From Ascidiella aspersa (lineage: Eukaryota): a stretch of 64,000 bases of DNA. The position numbers were made by a program, and so were the translations under genes. The first letter of the stretch is position 1; each line of letters begins with the position of its first letter. The notes beneath the pieces are model-generated. The model saw nothing but the letters and a program-made list of their open reading frames with translations, was not told the DNA's origin and did no database searches. Shown here piece after piece: positions 62,763-64,000 of the stretch. The DNA is taken from assembly GCA_963924565.1 (NCBI GenBank), contig OZ004612.1, positions 1,798,001-1,862,000 of the forward strand, in the 5' to 3' direction.

Positions 62763-63089
62763 CAGCAGTTCTCAACCAGTGGGCCATAAGAACATTTTAG
62801 GTGGACCACAGACCAATTTAAAAAAGCTCGAATCAGTCTCATTTGTGCCACTATATTTAATTTTACAGGAAAAGTGGCTTGAAGAGGAATTAAAAAGGAA
62901 TGTAGATTTATTGTTTAGCCGCAAGTATCTCACTAATCCACGGTTAAAAAATAATCTGTTTTGAAATATGTTCTGCTGTGTTTTGTTCTAAACCTATTTT
63001 ATAGTTTTTTCTTTCTTAAAAATGTATTGGGCCACAAAAATGTTTTGCAACGTAAATGGGCCACGAACGAAAAAGGTTGAGAACCGCTG
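62763..63089. mobile_element. hAT-type MITE
   Basis: Ends CAGCAGTTCTCAACC / GGTTGAGAACCGCTG; TSD GTCTACAA. Confidence 0.92.
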
Positions 63090-64000
63090 GTCTACAACAA
63101 AACGGCCGATGCCAGACTTATAATTTCTTATTCTGTCGTGCATATTAGTGCGTATTTGGCATTAAGTTTCGTTCGTTCAAATACTATATTGTTATTATTG
63201 TTATAGATTTTGCTTTGTTGCTTTTAAGGTCTTATTGTGTGTTTCACAGTTAACGTTTAAAAACATTGCTACAATGCAATGCTCTTTTAAAAAGTTAAGC
63301 GAAGAGAATTGTAAATAAATGTATCGCCAAAGCTCCGTTGTTAAATCTACGCTTGGTATTTGCAAAAAGGCTGAGAAACATTAGGTTAAACAAAGACAAT
63401 TTAGGAAGATTTTGAGTGAAATTGCTATTTATAAATCTTAATGTTTAAATATCATTTCAAATTGTTACACCAAAGCGTCATAGCAGACATCACATATTGT
63501 TCCAAAAAAATACATCACATGTCGTTCGGAAAAAATACATCACATATTGTTCCGAAATGGTTTTTAACATTGAAGCTTCCGTACCCGGCCACAATAAACC
63601 CATTTGCCCAAAGTACACGGTGTGACGTAACACGTTGTACCTAGTTGACTGTGAGCGTATTTGGTCGAGAAAGTGCATAACGCATGTATTTCACCTTTAG
63701 AAAAGGGTAAAAAGACTGAGCATAAAAGGCTTGGGTAAAAATTACATTTGCCAGAAGAGCTCTACAAACCTGATAAAAGGCTTGGTTGGCAAATACAATC
63801 ACCAGTGAGAATTATTTTCTTCTGCAAAAAAGCAAGTTTATAATAAAGTGGATTTGCTGGTTCAATATAGTTACTATTGTTCCAAACTTAGTTTTGGCAT
63901 CATCGTTGTTTTGTATTAAGTGTTTTTGAATTATCTCTGCGTTGATAGATTTCGTTTTTCTTTTTCCTGTCAAATATCATGGCTGTAAAACTTTTGCAAC

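Overview
This is AT-rich eukaryotic (animal) genomic DNA. The gene families present point to an ascidian or other tunicate, but that is an inference. It is a repeat-rich, segmentally duplicated region with three gene types. (1) An intronless LDLa-repeat rhodopsin-class GPCR (3482-6783) with a 1-bp frameshift before TM6, plus a deleted pseudogene copy at 773-1161. (2) A minus-strand array of intronless genes fusing a GlnD/GlnE/DUF294-type nucleotidyltransferase (NTase) to a long TPR tail: one intact 1009-aa gene, one full-length pseudogene and three 5' fragments. (3) A 14-exon gene not assembled by the ORF track (33784-45293) that encodes a 571-aa secreted protein: signal peptide-LCCL-4x cbEGF-Sushi-cbEGF-F5/8 type C. 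Mobile DNA includes a decayed Ty1/copia element (GalEa-like), seven hAT-type MITEs with 8-bp TSDs (nested, and one probable excision footprint), Penelope-like remnants with minimal hammerhead motifs, a retroposed repeat carrying an internal tRNA-like Pol III unit, and several minisatellites. The best candidate for an undescribed system is the NTase-TPR family, which has a conserved enzyme, a variable TPR region and birth-and-death turnover, as expected of an immune sensor-enzyme. All coordinates were read by eye and no database search was run.
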